Shown: one piece after another, positions 63,816 through 64,000 of the stretch
How positions within the stretch are numbered: the stretch's first letter is position 1
How the letters are laid out: each line of letters starts with the position of its first letter
Source: Terriglobia bacterium
GTDB lineage: Bacteria; Acidobacteriota; Terriglobia; 20CM-2-55-15
DNA: 64,000 nucleotides
Direction of reading: 5' to 3'
NCBI GenBank assembly: GCA_963664115.2
Contig: CAXWPJ010000009.1
Span: 128,001 to 192,000 of the forward strand
Position numbers and translations under genes: made by a program
The notes under the pieces: generated by a model
Database searches by the model: none
Told to the model about the DNA's origin: nothing
What the model saw: only the letters and a program-made list of their open reading frames with translations

Positions 63816-64000
63816 CTAGTGGTCCCCGTCAAACAGACTGTACCTTATTGAGGCTCTTGCGAGCGCGTTGGACTTTTTCAAGGATGTCGGAAGCCTTAGC
63901 GGTCCAGATGAACGGCTTTGGATTCTGGTTATGGCCGGCGACGTAGTTTTCCACGGCCCTTATTAACTCCGGAACAGAGCAGAAAACCCCACGCCGAAGC
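63816..64000 (-). mobile_element. IS630-family element C (3' end only, runs off the window); diverged relative of element A
   Basis: End CTAGTGGTCCCCG as in element A; minus strand encodes ...LRRGVFCSVPELIRAVENYVAGHNQNPKPFIWTAKASDILEKVQRARKSLNKVQSV* (stop 63829-63831). Confidence 0.9.

Overview
This is a GC-rich bacterial chromosomal window, most consistent with an Acidobacteriota genome (inferred from the acidobacterial-type VWA protein, large secreted NHL/IPT proteins and the long TPR protein). Housekeeping genes (folK, rfbC, mltG, ruvX, purH, yebC, ruvC, lhgO, an M16 peptidase pair and a surface-polysaccharide cluster) are interleaved with a ~15 kb metal-acquisition region at 12.5-27.8 kb. 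That region holds three tandem BtuF/FhuD-type binding proteins with signs of gene conversion, a secreted CXXCH protein, a doubly frameshifted PepSY-TM gene bracketed by a 72-bp direct repeat, a hipBA-like toxin-antitoxin pair, and an FpvJ/K-CDEF-like two-binding-protein ABC operon. Five insertion sequences (four IS630, one IS1380) all sit at CTAG sites. Two apparently identical IS630 copies are inverted around ~19.5 kb, and one of them decapitates a ~2,900-aa multi-propeller surface-protein gene. I found no rRNA, tRNA, CRISPR array, reverse transcriptase or phage module. All family assignments come from motif recognition by eye, not from database searches.
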